Below the pieces are notes generated by a model, which saw only the letters and a program-made list of their open reading frames with translations, was not told where the DNA came from and did not search any database. Below, in pieces: positions 48,201 through 57,539 of a stretch of DNA of 64,000 bases. Numbering within the stretch: the stretch's first letter is position 1; each line of letters opens with the position of its first letter. Both the position numbers and the translations under genes were made by a program. The DNA comes from Alphaproteobacteria bacterium (GTDB lineage: Bacteria; Pseudomonadota; Alphaproteobacteria; RF32; CAG-239). The DNA is taken from positions 23,617-87,616 of the forward strand of contig JAQWBS010000001.1 in assembly GCA_028706255.1 (NCBI GenBank), given 5' to 3'.

Positions 48201-49072
48201 CTAAGATCCATAATATTATATGCTTCAAGTCCTAAATGGTTATTATAAATTGCGCCACCAAGAGCATTACTAGATGCCTTTACATAGTTTCCGATAAAAC
48301 TTCCTTGAATATCTCCAAAATAACTATAAGTACCAAACAAAGCTCCTCCGAGAGCCTCACTTGATGTTGAAACAACATAATTTCCAATAAAATCACCTGT
48401 TATTGACCCAAGATTATGATTTGCATAACCACTGTAAATTGCACCACCCCTCCCTGAATTAACACCATCTACGTAATTTCCGATAAAATTTCCAGTAATA
48501 CTCTCAATCTTATGTCCTCCGGTTGCAATGTTATTCGAAACATAAATTGCACCACCAAACCCAGATACATGATTACCTATAAAATCTCCAATAATATTAC
48601 CTATTTCCGTTACTGATGTAGAAGGATAACCAACAAAAATAGCACCCCCATCTTCATCATAATTTCCTAAAAAATCAGAAGTAATATTACCAACATCACC
48701 ACCGAGAGTGTTTGTAATGGCTCTTCCACCGGCATAACTTTCAGAGGTATAAGCCTCAACAAAATGACCATCAACGGAATTTACATTTCCCGCACTATTA
48801 GTAATTGGAGCTTGACTAACCACGTCAGGCTTAATTGAGACTGTATATTTATAGAATTTTTTTTGGTATTCCCCATTTGAATCTTTTTCAAAAGTGGAGA
48901 AATCTGCATTACTTTCATCTGTTGCTTCATAGATTAAAACATAGGCACTCTCAGCACTTAGGTGATCTAATGTGGGGGTATAGGTGCTGAAATCAACAAC
49001 AGCATAGGCTCTTGATGAAGACACAAAAGCTATGAGAGGGAGGAGGAGGAGAAATCTAAACTTACTGTTCAT
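45278..49072 (-). CDS. Pmp-like (polymorphic-membrane-protein-type) autotransporter, 1264 aa
   Basis: The signal peptide is MNSKFRFLLLLPLIAFVSSSRAYA. The passenger has about 18 GGA[IV] and about 15 F/V-x-x-N-[YH] motifs in 25-30-aa repeats. The C-terminal ~290 aa form a beta-barrel domain ending ...LYLTIRYNF (terminal aromatic). The start is the ATG at 49072. Confidence 0.85.
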   Translation of the reverse strand: MNSKFRFLLLLPLIAFVSSSRAYAVVDFSTYTPTLDHLSAESAYVLIYEATDESNADFSTFEKDSNGEYQKKFYKYTVSIKPDVVSQAPITNSAGNVNSVDGHFVEAYTSESYAGGRAITNTLGGDVGNITSDFLGNYDEDGGAIFVGYPSTSVTEIGNIIGDFIGNHVSGFGGAIYVSNNIATGGHKIESITGNFIGNYVDGVNSGRGGAIYSGYANHNLGSITGDFIGNYVVSTSSEALGGALFGTYSYFGDIQGSFIGNYVKASSNALGGAIYNNHLGLEAYNIMDLSGDFIGNSAISFSGVGQGGAIYNQYGKIKSIKGNFIKNNVEAYGKAYGGAIFQGYDSTISEIEGDFIGNSATSSSDSAYSGAIQVLGNGTLLDSVKSNFIQNYVSGVEEVAGGAIGMYNSTRITQLNGAFFENYAISSSDNAQGGAIYVDAGKIDSLSGDFKGNYVFAYEQASGGAIYAENTSILNSLESSFIENYAFSSSDWARGGAIYVTSSSRMNNVGYFYRNYASAQTDASGGAIYNDNSGIITISGNMVENYAKSATATSYGGAVYNASGSQFSSLSGDFVRNYVWGQTSVYGGAIYNASGSIITLSGDVTENYAKSIMATSSGGGIYNIGGSQFSSLSGDFVQNYVFGETGAYGGAIYNAFGGIIILSGDIVGNYAKSANDVALGGAIYNAYSGAVTIATTESKKNIFIANNYIITNADTAQEEKKLESIFLGNGGVVNLNSIAQSSINIWDPLRSGNDDGSFGAYGEINKIGEGTLSLWGDNSAYGGELNIEEGTFYAMFDNKQDVLNDPLGQRLSFDLSNATISFNGGTVFKPKVTNGQIANIGNDITVNGVSLLRPYNVSSLTGEEQHIYNVDYSKFEGFENNLLKVESQGGVTSIEVKDLEGYEGLSSFADIYRKRDDLSQKDRDVYENIYYTGAVSSAYKSELATVGGEDTKSYQELHKATIRQFNRQIYSRIQNKDCQSCGMLNGFSDQHLWFNVGKNWVEKKGRWDSLGYEYRPTSLAWGYDHDIIPNALTLGLAFSYAFGEVEGTGASDVYSHSDVDEYLLSGYWKYKPKRLYTTGSVGGGIILNKTKLTTSSLNARGEYDIGVLFSNVEFGYDLGNSRYVIEPFVGVDYSYMFTEAYDEKGVGARHFEKTSYNTVELPIGLRLSQNMVFDTFILSPAIELAYARNVGDRNVSVNSYFVGSPESPWAVSGTPDSRDSIRGKMNLKINNIYTPFALNFGYARDSRSGYSDDQLYLTIRYNF
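47008..48673 (-). repeat. Coding repeat region of the autotransporter passenger (GDFIGNY...GGAIY units)
   Basis: A regular alternation of FxxN and GGAI motifs is seen in the translation. The coordinates are approximate. Confidence 0.6.
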
Positions 49073-49188
49073 AAGACAACATCCTGTATTAATAATTTGA
49101 AAGAATATAACATTATTATCACATAAATTTAATAAATATTCAATTAATAATCTTTCTCTCTCCACTAAGAATGTATAATATAGTATAC

Positions 49189-49213
49189 AAAAAAAAGCGA
49201 CCTTTAAGGCCGC
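49189..49213 (-). terminator. Rho-independent terminator after ackA (GCGACC-tttaa-GGCCGC + U8 on the minus strand)
   Basis: A hairpin with one mismatch, followed by A8 on the plus strand. Confidence 0.5.
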
Positions 49214-49234
49214 TTCTCTTGTAAAATAAGCAAC

Positions 49235-50410
49235 TTAAGCTAATCTAACTGTTTCCATAGCAATTACTAATTCTTCATCTGTCGGAATGACAAAGGCACG
49301 AACTTTCGACCCTACTTTTGAAATTTCATTCACGAATCCACGTTGTGAATTTTTCTCATTGTCAATTTCAATACCAAGATAAGCCAATTTTTCTAAAACG
49401 AGTTTACGAACAAGTGAAGAATTTTCACCAACCCCTGCCGTGAACACGAGTGCATCCAGCCCACCCATTGCTGCTGTGTATGAGCCGATATATTTAACGA
49501 TATTATAAATATAAACTTGCATTGCCTTAACCACTTTTTCTTCGCCACGTTCATAAGCTGCTTCAAAATCTCTGGAATCACTATATCCAGTTAAACCAGA
49601 TTTACCACTTTGCTTATTCATCAAGTCGTTAATTTCATCAGCAGAATAGCCTTCCATTTTCATCAAATAAACTGGAATATATGGATCAATATCACCACAA
49701 CGAGTGTCCATTACAATACCAGCAAGAGGGGTCATGCCCATTGAGGTATCAACACATTGACCATCTTTAACCGCTGTAATTGAAGCCCCGCTTCCGATAT
49801 GACAAGTGATAACTTTGCTCTTTTCACCAACAAGTTTACAAGCTTGTTGAGAAACATACATATGAGAAGTTCCGTGGAAGCCATAACGACGAATTTGATG
49901 TTTTTCAATCAATTCTTCTGGTAAAGCATAAGTATAAGCTTCATAAGGCATTGTTTGGTGGAAGGAAGTGTCAAAAACCAAAACTTGGCGAATTTGTGGC
50001 AAAACTTCCTTAACCGCACGAATTACAAGGGCTGCCGGACCATTATGTAAAGGGGCGAGAACAGCTAAGTCTTCAACTTTTTTAATATTTTCTTCTGTTG
50101 CCAAAGCTGAAGATTTGAAATATGCTCCACCTTGCACAATTCTTTGACCAATTGCGGAAATCTCGTCCAAATTTCCAATAATTCCATCAAGAAGAATTTT
50201 CAAAATTGCTTCCAAAGCATCTTTATGAGACTTTAATTCCACTGAAACATCTTTGCTGTTGCCATTGAACTTAACACTTACAAAAGAAGCATCACGATTA
50301 ATACGTTCCGCATTTCCCTTTGCAACAACATTATATTTTTCACCCTCAACTTGAAAAAGTTGATATTTCAACGTAGATGAACCAGAGTTCAGAACAAGAA
50401 TTTTTTTCAT
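49235..50410 (-). CDS. ackA: Acetate kinase
   Basis: MKKILVLNSGSSTLKYQLF is the acetate/propionate kinase N-terminus. Confidence 0.95.
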   Translation of the reverse strand: MKKILVLNSGSSTLKYQLFQVEGEKYNVVAKGNAERINRDASFVSVKFNGNSKDVSVELKSHKDALEAILKILLDGIIGNLDEISAIGQRIVQGGAYFKSSALATEENIKKVEDLAVLAPLHNGPAALVIRAVKEVLPQIRQVLVFDTSFHQTMPYEAYTYALPEELIEKHQIRRYGFHGTSHMYVSQQACKLVGEKSKVITCHIGSGASITAVKDGQCVDTSMGMTPLAGIVMDTRCGDIDPYIPVYLMKMEGYSADEINDLMNKQSGKSGLTGYSDSRDFEAAYERGEEKVVKAMQVYIYNIVKYIGSYTAAMGGLDALVFTAGVGENSSLVRKLVLEKLAYLGIEIDNEKNSQRGFVNEISKVGSKVRAFVIPTDEELVIAMETVRLA

Positions 50411-50563
50411 TTTTATATTTTTCCTATTTTTTATTTTTTTACTATCTAACGAGATAAACAACCAAATAACTTATTATGTGAGAAGAGAACGAAGAGCGTT
50501 TTGAACGACGCTTACAATTAGCTAAGCGAGAAAAAACGCTCAAGTTATATTCCACAGAATGAG

Positions 50564-51568
50564 TTATTTTACGGCTTGAAGAGCAGTAATCGCAATAACC
50601 CCCACAATGTCTTCTGCAAAAGCACCACGTGACAAGTCGTTGATTGGTGCGTTTAAACCTTGAAGCATTGGACCATAAGCTTCGCAATTACCTAAACGTT
50701 GCAAAAGTTTGTAACCAATATTTCCGGCATTTAAGTCTGGGAAAATGAGCGTATTTGCACGTCCGCCAACTTTGCTTTGTGGAGCTTTCTTGGTTGCAAC
50801 AACAACATCCAAAGCTGTGTCTGCCTGCATTTCACCATCAAGCAAAATATTTTTGCTTTTAAATTCGTCTGCTTCTAGCATTTCTTTAGCAATTTTAGCT
50901 GCTTCACGCACTTTATCAACCCCTTCCCCAACACCTGAGCCGAAAGAAGAATATGAAAGCATTGCAATTCTTGGATCAATGCCAAATTGCATCACACTTT
51001 CTGCCGTTGAAATGGCGATGTCAGCCAGTTCTTGTGAAGTTGGATTAATATTAATTGCACAATCAGAGAAGAAATATTGCTTTCCACCTGAAATCATAAT
51101 CAAGAAAGAAGAAACTGTTCTGCCTTTTTTTGCAGATTTAATAATTTGTAAAGCAGGACGAACGGTGTCAGCTGTTGAGTGATTCGCACCACTGACCATT
51201 CCGTCAGCATCGCCAGCTTTCACCATCAATGTTCCGAAATAGTTATATTTCAAAGCTGTTTGCTTGGCTTGTTCTTCAGTCATACCTTTCTCTTTACGAA
51301 GGTCATAAAGTAACTTTGTATATTCTTCCAACTTTTCGGATTCTTCAGGCTTAATAATGGTAATTCCATCTAGATTCCAATTATTATCATCAAAATAGTG
51401 CTTAATTTCTTTATAATCACCTAAAACAATAATTTTAGCTGCTTTTTCCTTATTAATAATGTTTGCTGCACGCAAAACACGGGGATCTTCTCCCTCAGGA
51501 AGAACAATGGTTTTATAGTGAGGTCTGGCTTTATCAACCAACCCCTTCAAATATTGACTTTCAATCAT
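50564..51568 (-). CDS. pta: Phosphate acetyltransferase (short, PTA_PTB-domain-only form)
   Basis: 334-aa Pta-type sequence (VSGANHSTADTVRPALQII) upstream of ackA. Confidence 0.9.
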   Translation of the reverse strand: MIESQYLKGLVDKARPHYKTIVLPEGEDPRVLRAANIINKEKAAKIIVLGDYKEIKHYFDDNNWNLDGITIIKPEESEKLEEYTKLLYDLRKEKGMTEEQAKQTALKYNYFGTLMVKAGDADGMVSGANHSTADTVRPALQIIKSAKKGRTVSSFLIMISGGKQYFFSDCAININPTSQELADIAISTAESVMQFGIDPRIAMLSYSSFGSGVGEGVDKVREAAKIAKEMLEADEFKSKNILLDGEMQADTALDVVVATKKAPQSKVGGRANTLIFPDLNAGNIGYKLLQRLGNCEAYGPMLQGLNAPINDLSRGAFAEDIVGVIAITALQAVK

Positions 51569-51742
51569 ATCCGCCCTCTTTTTTATGAAATTACAAATTG
51601 TTTAGTGTAAATAAACACTATATTCCTCAAAAGTCTATATAAAATTGCAAAAAGATGCTAATTTTTGTATAAAACATTTTGATTTTTAGATTCAAGTATA
51701 ATATATTCCAAATAGATTGTAGATTTAAGAGGAAAAAAAACG

Positions 51743-52159
51743 ATGGAAAGAACTTTATCGATTATAAAGCCAGATGCAACAGCTAGAAACATCACTGGCA
51801 AAATCAATGCAATGATTGAAAATGCAGGATTGAGAATCGTTGCACAAAAAAGAATCAGATTAAGCCCAGAAAAGGTGGAAGAATTTTATGCTGAGCATAA
51901 GGGCAAACCTTTCTTTCCTAATCTCGTTGAATTTATGACGTCAGCACCTGTTGTGGTACAAGTCTTGGAAGGACCAGATGCTATTCAAAACTATCGTAAA
52001 TTGATGGGGGCAACTAACCCTGATGTTGCTGAAGCTGGAACAATCAGAAAGACTCTTGCACTTTCTATTGATAAAAATTCTGTCCATGGCTCCGATTCTC
52101 TTGCCAGCGCCGACAGAGAAATTAAATTTTATTTTAATGAAATTGAAATTGTCGGTTAG
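51743..52159 (+). CDS. ndk: Nucleoside diphosphate kinase
   Basis: [12 protein letters not shown]...[20 protein letters not shown] matches Ndk (active His in NSVHGSDS). Confidence 0.95.
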   Translation: MERTLSIIKPDATARNITGKINAMIENAGLRIVAQKRIRLSPEKVEEFYAEHKGKPFFPNLVEFMTSAPVVVQVLEGPDAIQNYRKLMGATNPDVAEAGTIRKTLALSIDKNSVHGSDSLASADREIKFYFNEIEIVG

Positions 52160-52169
52160 GAGTGGAATT

Positions 52170-53225
52170 TTGAAAAAAACATATTGTCTTTTCCTCAGCC
52201 TTTTTGTCCTTGTTGCCATGCCACAAAATGCCATTGCACAAGACTCTCTTTATAATGTTGAGGTTTATGTTGATGTCACTGCCGATAGTGCGGCAGAAGC
52301 TAAAGAACAAGCAATGACACAAGCTAATCGAACAGCTTTCAACACCGTTGCCAGAAAAATCACCACAGATGAAACATTCCCAATGCTTTCTGAATTAAGC
52401 GATGATCAGATTTTGAACTTTGTTAAAGAAGTTTCCATAAAATCTGAAAAATCATCTAATGTGCGTTATATGGCAAACTTGAAAGTGGCAATTAATGACG
52501 ACCTTTTGAAGCAATATATGGCAGAAAAAAATATCACGCCTGCCATTCTCACTGCTTCAGACATTCTCATTATTCCAACGTTCAGAGAATTTAAAACAGA
52601 CACCCCAATGCTTTGGGAAGCAGATAATATCTGGAGAAAAGCTTGGGAAGAAGAAGCTGGTGAAGCTGATATTGTTAAGTTTTCAAGCATTGTGCCAAAC
52701 GGTTCTAACTATGCTAGTTTGGATGTTAAAAAAGCCCTCAACTTGAACAAATCTGCAATGGAACAAGTAGCTTTTAATAACAACACCTCTGACATTTTTG
52801 TTGCTGATGCCGTCTATAACGGGATTGAAGGCTTAACAGTAAACATTCTATCTTACCAAGATGGGGGCACAGAAGTTGTTGAAATTTATGGGGAACGTTC
52901 TCCACAACTTCTTTTGAATGCAATTAGCGAAGTAAAGAAAGCAATCATTAACAAGCTCAAGAACCAAAGCATTATTGAAAATACGCAGAAGAATAAAATC
53001 GTGGCAATTTATGACTATCAAAGTATGTCTGAATGGGTAAAAGTTGAAAAATCTCTCCGTGAAATTGGGGGCATTAATGATATCAAAATCATTGCTATGA
53101 CAAGCGGAAAAGTCCAATTTGAAGTTGACTACACAGGCTCTTTCAGCAAATTTGAAAGAAAATTGCAAAGTAACAATTTCTCATTAGTTGAGAATGGTGA
53201 AATCTTCTTCTTGAAAAAACAATAA
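52170..53225 (+). CDS. Hypothetical secreted/periplasmic protein (351 aa)
   Basis: TTG start after AGGAG. The signal peptide is MKKTYCLFLSLFVLVAMPQNAIA followed by QD. No family is recognised. Confidence 0.5.
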   Translation: MKKTYCLFLSLFVLVAMPQNAIAQDSLYNVEVYVDVTADSAAEAKEQAMTQANRTAFNTVARKITTDETFPMLSELSDDQILNFVKEVSIKSEKSSNVRYMANLKVAINDDLLKQYMAEKNITPAILTASDILIIPTFREFKTDTPMLWEADNIWRKAWEEEAGEADIVKFSSIVPNGSNYASLDVKKALNLNKSAMEQVAFNNNTSDIFVADAVYNGIEGLTVNILSYQDGGTEVVEIYGERSPQLLLNAISEVKKAIINKLKNQSIIENTQKNKIVAIYDYQSMSEWVKVEKSLREIGGINDIKIIAMTSGKVQFEVDYTGSFSKFERKLQSNNFSLVENGEIFFLKKQ

Positions 53226-53251
53226 ATAGTAAGAAAATAAAGGAAAGAATA

Positions 53252-54310
53252 ATGGCTAAAAAATCAGGAAACAATTGGTTCTTTTGGTTGTCTGTTTTTA
53301 CACTTTTTTGCATTTTTGTTTATGCAACAAGATCTGTCATTATGCCTTTTGTTGCAGGTATTTTGATTGGTTATTTGTTTGACCCATTGGTTTTAAAACT
53401 TCAAAAATTTAAGCTTAATCGCACCTTAGCAACTTGCTTGATTATTGTGCTAATTGTCACAATTCTTGTGCCATCCTTGATTATTCTCATCAAAATCATC
53501 AATGAACAAATTATCAAATTCATCCATAGCTTACCCCACTTGGTTACCTCTTTGAAAGTTAAAGTTGACCCAATCTTAGCCAATGCAAATCAGACCTTTC
53601 CTTTTCTCACCACAAGTGATGTCGTTGAATATGTGAACAATAACGTAGCAAATTCCGTAAAGTTCTTAGGCTCAATTCTGAAAAAAATTATTAGCGGTGG
53701 CTTTGCATTTGTGAACATCATCTCTCTTTTAATTATCACCCCTGTTGTCGCTTTTTATATGCTCCGTGACTGGACTCTTTTTTCAAAAAAAATTGATGAC
53801 TTGCTTCCTGTCAAATCAAGAAATGAGATTCGTACCGTTGCCAAACAAATTGACAATGCCATTGCTGGGTTCATCAGAGGACAATTGAGTGTTTGTGTCA
53901 TCTTAGGACTTTTCTATTCCACAGGCTTATATTTCATTGGTCTACAACTGGGTGTTTTGGTCGGCTTTGTTGCTGGTTTAATTTCCTTCATCCCATACAT
54001 TGGCACAATTTCAGGTTTTGTCACGTCTATCATCATTGCGCTCATTCAATTTGATAGCGTCATTCCAACTGTTCAAGTCATTTGCTTATTTGCATTTGGG
54101 CAAATTTTAGAAGGCAGTTTCCTAACGCCAAAACTCGTTGGAGATTCTGTTGGGCTTCACCCTGTTTGGATAATGTTCTCCCTTTTGGCTGGTGGTGTTT
54201 TATTGGGCTTTTTAGGCATTATGATTGCTGTTCCAATTGCTGCAATCATCGGGGTTTTGACCCGCCATTTCATCACAAAATATAAAGCAAGCCAAATTTA
54301 TAAGGGCTAG
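53252..54310 (+). CDS. AI-2E (PerM/UPF0118) family transporter
   Basis: A multi-TM profile with ...RGQLSVCVILGLFYSTGLYFIGL... typical of AI-2E-family transporters. Confidence 0.8.
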   Translation: MAKKSGNNWFFWLSVFTLFCIFVYATRSVIMPFVAGILIGYLFDPLVLKLQKFKLNRTLATCLIIVLIVTILVPSLIILIKIINEQIIKFIHSLPHLVTSLKVKVDPILANANQTFPFLTTSDVVEYVNNNVANSVKFLGSILKKIISGGFAFVNIISLLIITPVVAFYMLRDWTLFSKKIDDLLPVKSRNEIRTVAKQIDNAIAGFIRGQLSVCVILGLFYSTGLYFIGLQLGVLVGFVAGLISFIPYIGTISGFVTSIIIALIQFDSVIPTVQVICLFAFGQILEGSFLTPKLVGDSVGLHPVWIMFSLLAGGVLLGFLGIMIAVPIAAIIGVLTRHFITKYKASQIYKG

Positions 54311-54385
54311 TGTTAATCATTATTTTATCATTTACTCGTATCCTAGCAGAAACGTTATTGTGATTCATGCTTAGGAAGATTTCAT

Positions 54386-55435
54386 ATGATAAATTACCTC
54401 ATGTCAAACCTCGACATTTATGTCTTTAGCTCTCTCATTCTCAGAATTGTTCTTGCTTTTCTGACAACCTTCATTCTTTCAATTGTTTTCGGAAACAAAG
54501 TGATAAGTTTTATGAGAAACAGACAAGGTAAAGGACAACCTATTCGTCAAGATGGTCCACAAAGTCACTTACTCACCAAAAAAGGCACCCCAACCATGGG
54601 TGGTGTGATGATTATTGGAACGGTACTTCTCAGCTGTATGCTTTGGGCAAAGTGGACAAATATTTTCGTTTTGACCTCCCTTGCTGTACTTGTCATTTAT
54701 GCTATCGTCGGCTTTTTTGACGACTATGAAAAAGTGACGAAACAAACTTCAAATGCAATGAGTGCAAAGATGAAACTTTTTCTTCAATTCTCTGTTTCTT
54801 TTATTTGCGTTTTAATTGTCACTTATGCAACCCCAACTGAATTTCAACATAATGTAAAATTCCCATCAATTTATCCATTCATTAGCAACTTCACCCTCAA
54901 TCTTTCTTGGTTTTACATTCCATTTGCAATGGTAGTGATTGCGGGTGCATCTAATGCCGTTAACCTCACTGATGGACTAGACGGATTGGCAGCCGGACTT
55001 CTAACCACAATCTTTATCTTTTTCATCATCACTTGCCTAGAAACAAGCTTTACCATTTCAGGCACACAAGAAGTTGCCATCATTTGTTCGGCAGTTGCAG
55101 GTGCTTGTTTAGGTTTTTTATGGTTCAATGCCTCGCCTGCAAAAATCTTTATGGGGGACACAGGTTCTCTAGCTCTTGGTGCATTGCTCGGTACAATTTC
55201 TGTCATCACCAAAAGCGAACTCATCTTGGCAATTGTTGGAGCAATTTTTGTTGTTGAAGCCTTATCCGTTATGATTCAAATTTTCTGGTTCAAAAAAACA
55301 GGCAAGAGATTCTTCAAAATGGCTCCAATTCATCACCACTTTGAACAAATGGGCATTCCAGAAAATACCATCGTTATCAGATTTTGGATTATTGGAATTC
55401 TTCTCGCTGCCTTCGGACTTGTTGCTGTTTACTAA
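54386..55435 (+). CDS. mraY: Phospho-N-acetylmuramoyl-pentapeptide transferase
   Basis: NAVNLTDGLDGLA and HHHFE motifs. Confidence 0.95.
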   Translation: MINYLMSNLDIYVFSSLILRIVLAFLTTFILSIVFGNKVISFMRNRQGKGQPIRQDGPQSHLLTKKGTPTMGGVMIIGTVLLSCMLWAKWTNIFVLTSLAVLVIYAIVGFFDDYEKVTKQTSNAMSAKMKLFLQFSVSFICVLIVTYATPTEFQHNVKFPSIYPFISNFTLNLSWFYIPFAMVVIAGASNAVNLTDGLDGLAAGLLTTIFIFFIITCLETSFTISGTQEVAIICSAVAGACLGFLWFNASPAKIFMGDTGSLALGALLGTISVITKSELILAIVGAIFVVEALSVMIQIFWFKKTGKRFFKMAPIHHHFEQMGIPENTIVIRFWIIGILLAAFGLVAVY

Positions 55436-55447
55436 GGAGAAAAAAAG

Positions 55448-56578
55448 ATGTTTTCCTTTTCCAGAAACAGCAGAGGCATCATTGCCAATTGGTGGTGGAC
55501 GATTGATAAAACACTTCTCCTCTGTTTGAGCCTGCTTATTATCATTGGGGCATTTTTAAACTTCACAGCTAGTCCCGCTGTTGCAAACCGTATCGGATTC
55601 GGAAGCTATCACTTCATCAAAAGGCAACTCCTTTTCTTGCCAATTGCTTACCTCTTTATGACCCTCCTTTCTATGCAACGTTTAAAGACCATTCGACGCA
55701 TTGCCATTGTTGGCTATGTCATTGCCATTGTACTTCTGCTTTGCACCATTTTCACAGGCTATGAAACAAAAGGGGCTTCTCGTTGGATTAAGATTTTAGG
55801 CTTTTCACTTCAACCGTCAGAATTTGTTAAACCAACGTTTATTGTGGTTTCGGCATGGCTTTTTGATGGGCAACTTAAAAACAAAAATTTTCCTGGAAAC
55901 ATCATTTCTGCCATTCTCTTTGTCTTCACTGCTTTTCTTTTGATTAAGCAACCAGACTTTGGTATGACGATTATTATCTCCCTCATCTGGGGCTTTCAAC
56001 TTTTTCTTTCAGGACTTTCGCTGACTCTGGTGAGCATTTTAGCAAGTGTTTTCATCGTTGGTGGTGTGTTGGCATATTTCACGCTTGACCATGTTCACAC
56101 GCGTGTTCAACAATTTTTAGAAAGTGAAAATAATTTAAGTTTTCAGGTGAAAAAATCTTTAGAAGCCTTTCAAAGTGGTAATATCTTTGGCAAAGGCCCA
56201 GGGGAAGGCATTGTTAAAGCACATATTCCAGATGCCCACACTGACTTCATTTTTGCCGTTGCTGCTGAAGAATTTGGCATAATTCTTTGCCTCATCATCA
56301 TCGCTTTATTTACAATTATTGTCATTCGTTCAATGTATCTCTCAATGAAAGATAATAATTTCTTCATCATTCTTGCTGGTTCAGGACTGGCCGCATCTTT
56401 TGGATTGCAAGCCTTTATCAATATGGCTTCAACGGTTCATCTCATTCCAACAAAAGGAATGACACTCCCTTTCATCTCTTACGGGGGGTCATCTCTTTTA
56501 GCGACTGCTTTATCTATGGGCATTTTACTTGCCATCACTCGAAAGAATGTCCATGCTGAAGATAGTGACGATAAATAA
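55448..56578 (+). CDS. ftsW: Cell-division lipid II flippase/peptidoglycan polymerase (SEDS family)
   Basis: FtsW/RodA-like TM profile in the dcw position after mraY. Confidence 0.85.
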   Translation: MFSFSRNSRGIIANWWWTIDKTLLLCLSLLIIIGAFLNFTASPAVANRIGFGSYHFIKRQLLFLPIAYLFMTLLSMQRLKTIRRIAIVGYVIAIVLLLCTIFTGYETKGASRWIKILGFSLQPSEFVKPTFIVVSAWLFDGQLKNKNFPGNIISAILFVFTAFLLIKQPDFGMTIIISLIWGFQLFLSGLSLTLVSILASVFIVGGVLAYFTLDHVHTRVQQFLESENNLSFQVKKSLEAFQSGNIFGKGPGEGIVKAHIPDAHTDFIFAVAAEEFGIILCLIIIALFTIIVIRSMYLSMKDNNFFIILAGSGLAASFGLQAFINMASTVHLIPTKGMTLPFISYGGSSLLATALSMGILLAITRKNVHAEDSDDK

Positions 56579-56603
56579 ACTTTCATAAATTCGAGGAAAT
56601 AAA

Positions 56604-57539
56604 ATGTTAAAACGATTTTTCAACAAGATTTTCAAAAAAAGCTTAGTCGATATCCTTCCTGAAGTTAAAGGAAAATATATTGAAAATGCGCCTTTAAGCC
56701 GCCACACTTGGTTTGCGGTTGGAGGTCCTGCCGAAGTTTTATTTGTGCCAAAAGATGAAGAAGATTTGAAGTTTTTCCTTAAAAACAAACCATATAATGT
56801 GCCAGTAACTCTCATCGGTGGCGGTTCAAATTTGCTCGTTCGTGATGGCGGAATCCCTGGGGTTGTCATCAAACTTGACAGCCCATATTTCCGCAAACAT
56901 TATGTTAACCAAGACCGTACCATCACTTGCTTTTCAGGCAAAAGAAATGTTGAGCTTAAAAAAGTGATTTTAGAATGTGAATTGGCTGGCATTGAATTTC
57001 TTTGCTCCATTCCTGGGGCGATTGGGGGTTGCATCAAAACCAACGCTGGTTGCTATGGCACAGAAGTAAAAGATATTATTCAAAGTGCAAAAATCATTGA
57101 CGGCATGGGCAATGAAAAAATTATTGGCGTTGAAGACTTAAAACTTTCTTATCGCAATAGCCTGTTTCCAGACGATTGGATTATTATTTCCATCACCTTT
57201 AAAACAAAAAAGGACAGTCGAGAAAACATTCAAAAAACACTTGATGAACACCGCAAGCATCGCACAGAGAAACAACCATATAACAAAAAAACAGCGGGCT
57301 CAACCTTTAAAAATCCAGCTGGGGTAAGAGCTTGGGAACTTATCAAAAAATCTGGAGCTGACAAATTTTCTGTTGGCGGAGCTAGTGTTTCAGACAAACA
57401 TTGCAATTTTCTCATCAACAATGGTACAGCAACAGCAAAAGACATTGAAACACTTGGTGAAAAAATCATTCAACAAGTTGAAAAAGAAACGTCCATTACC
57501 TTAGAATGGGAAATTAAACGTGTGGGTGTAAATAAATAA
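56604..57539 (+). CDS. murB: UDP-N-acetylenolpyruvoylglucosamine reductase
   Basis: An FAD-binding domain (WFAVGGPAEVLFVP..GGGSNLLV) and a MurB C-terminal domain. Confidence 0.9.
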   Translation: MLKRFFNKIFKKSLVDILPEVKGKYIENAPLSRHTWFAVGGPAEVLFVPKDEEDLKFFLKNKPYNVPVTLIGGGSNLLVRDGGIPGVVIKLDSPYFRKHYVNQDRTITCFSGKRNVELKKVILECELAGIEFLCSIPGAIGGCIKTNAGCYGTEVKDIIQSAKIIDGMGNEKIIGVEDLKLSYRNSLFPDDWIIISITFKTKKDSRENIQKTLDEHRKHRTEKQPYNKKTAGSTFKNPAGVRAWELIKKSGADKFSVGGASVSDKHCNFLINNGTATAKDIETLGEKIIQQVEKETSITLEWEIKRVGVNK

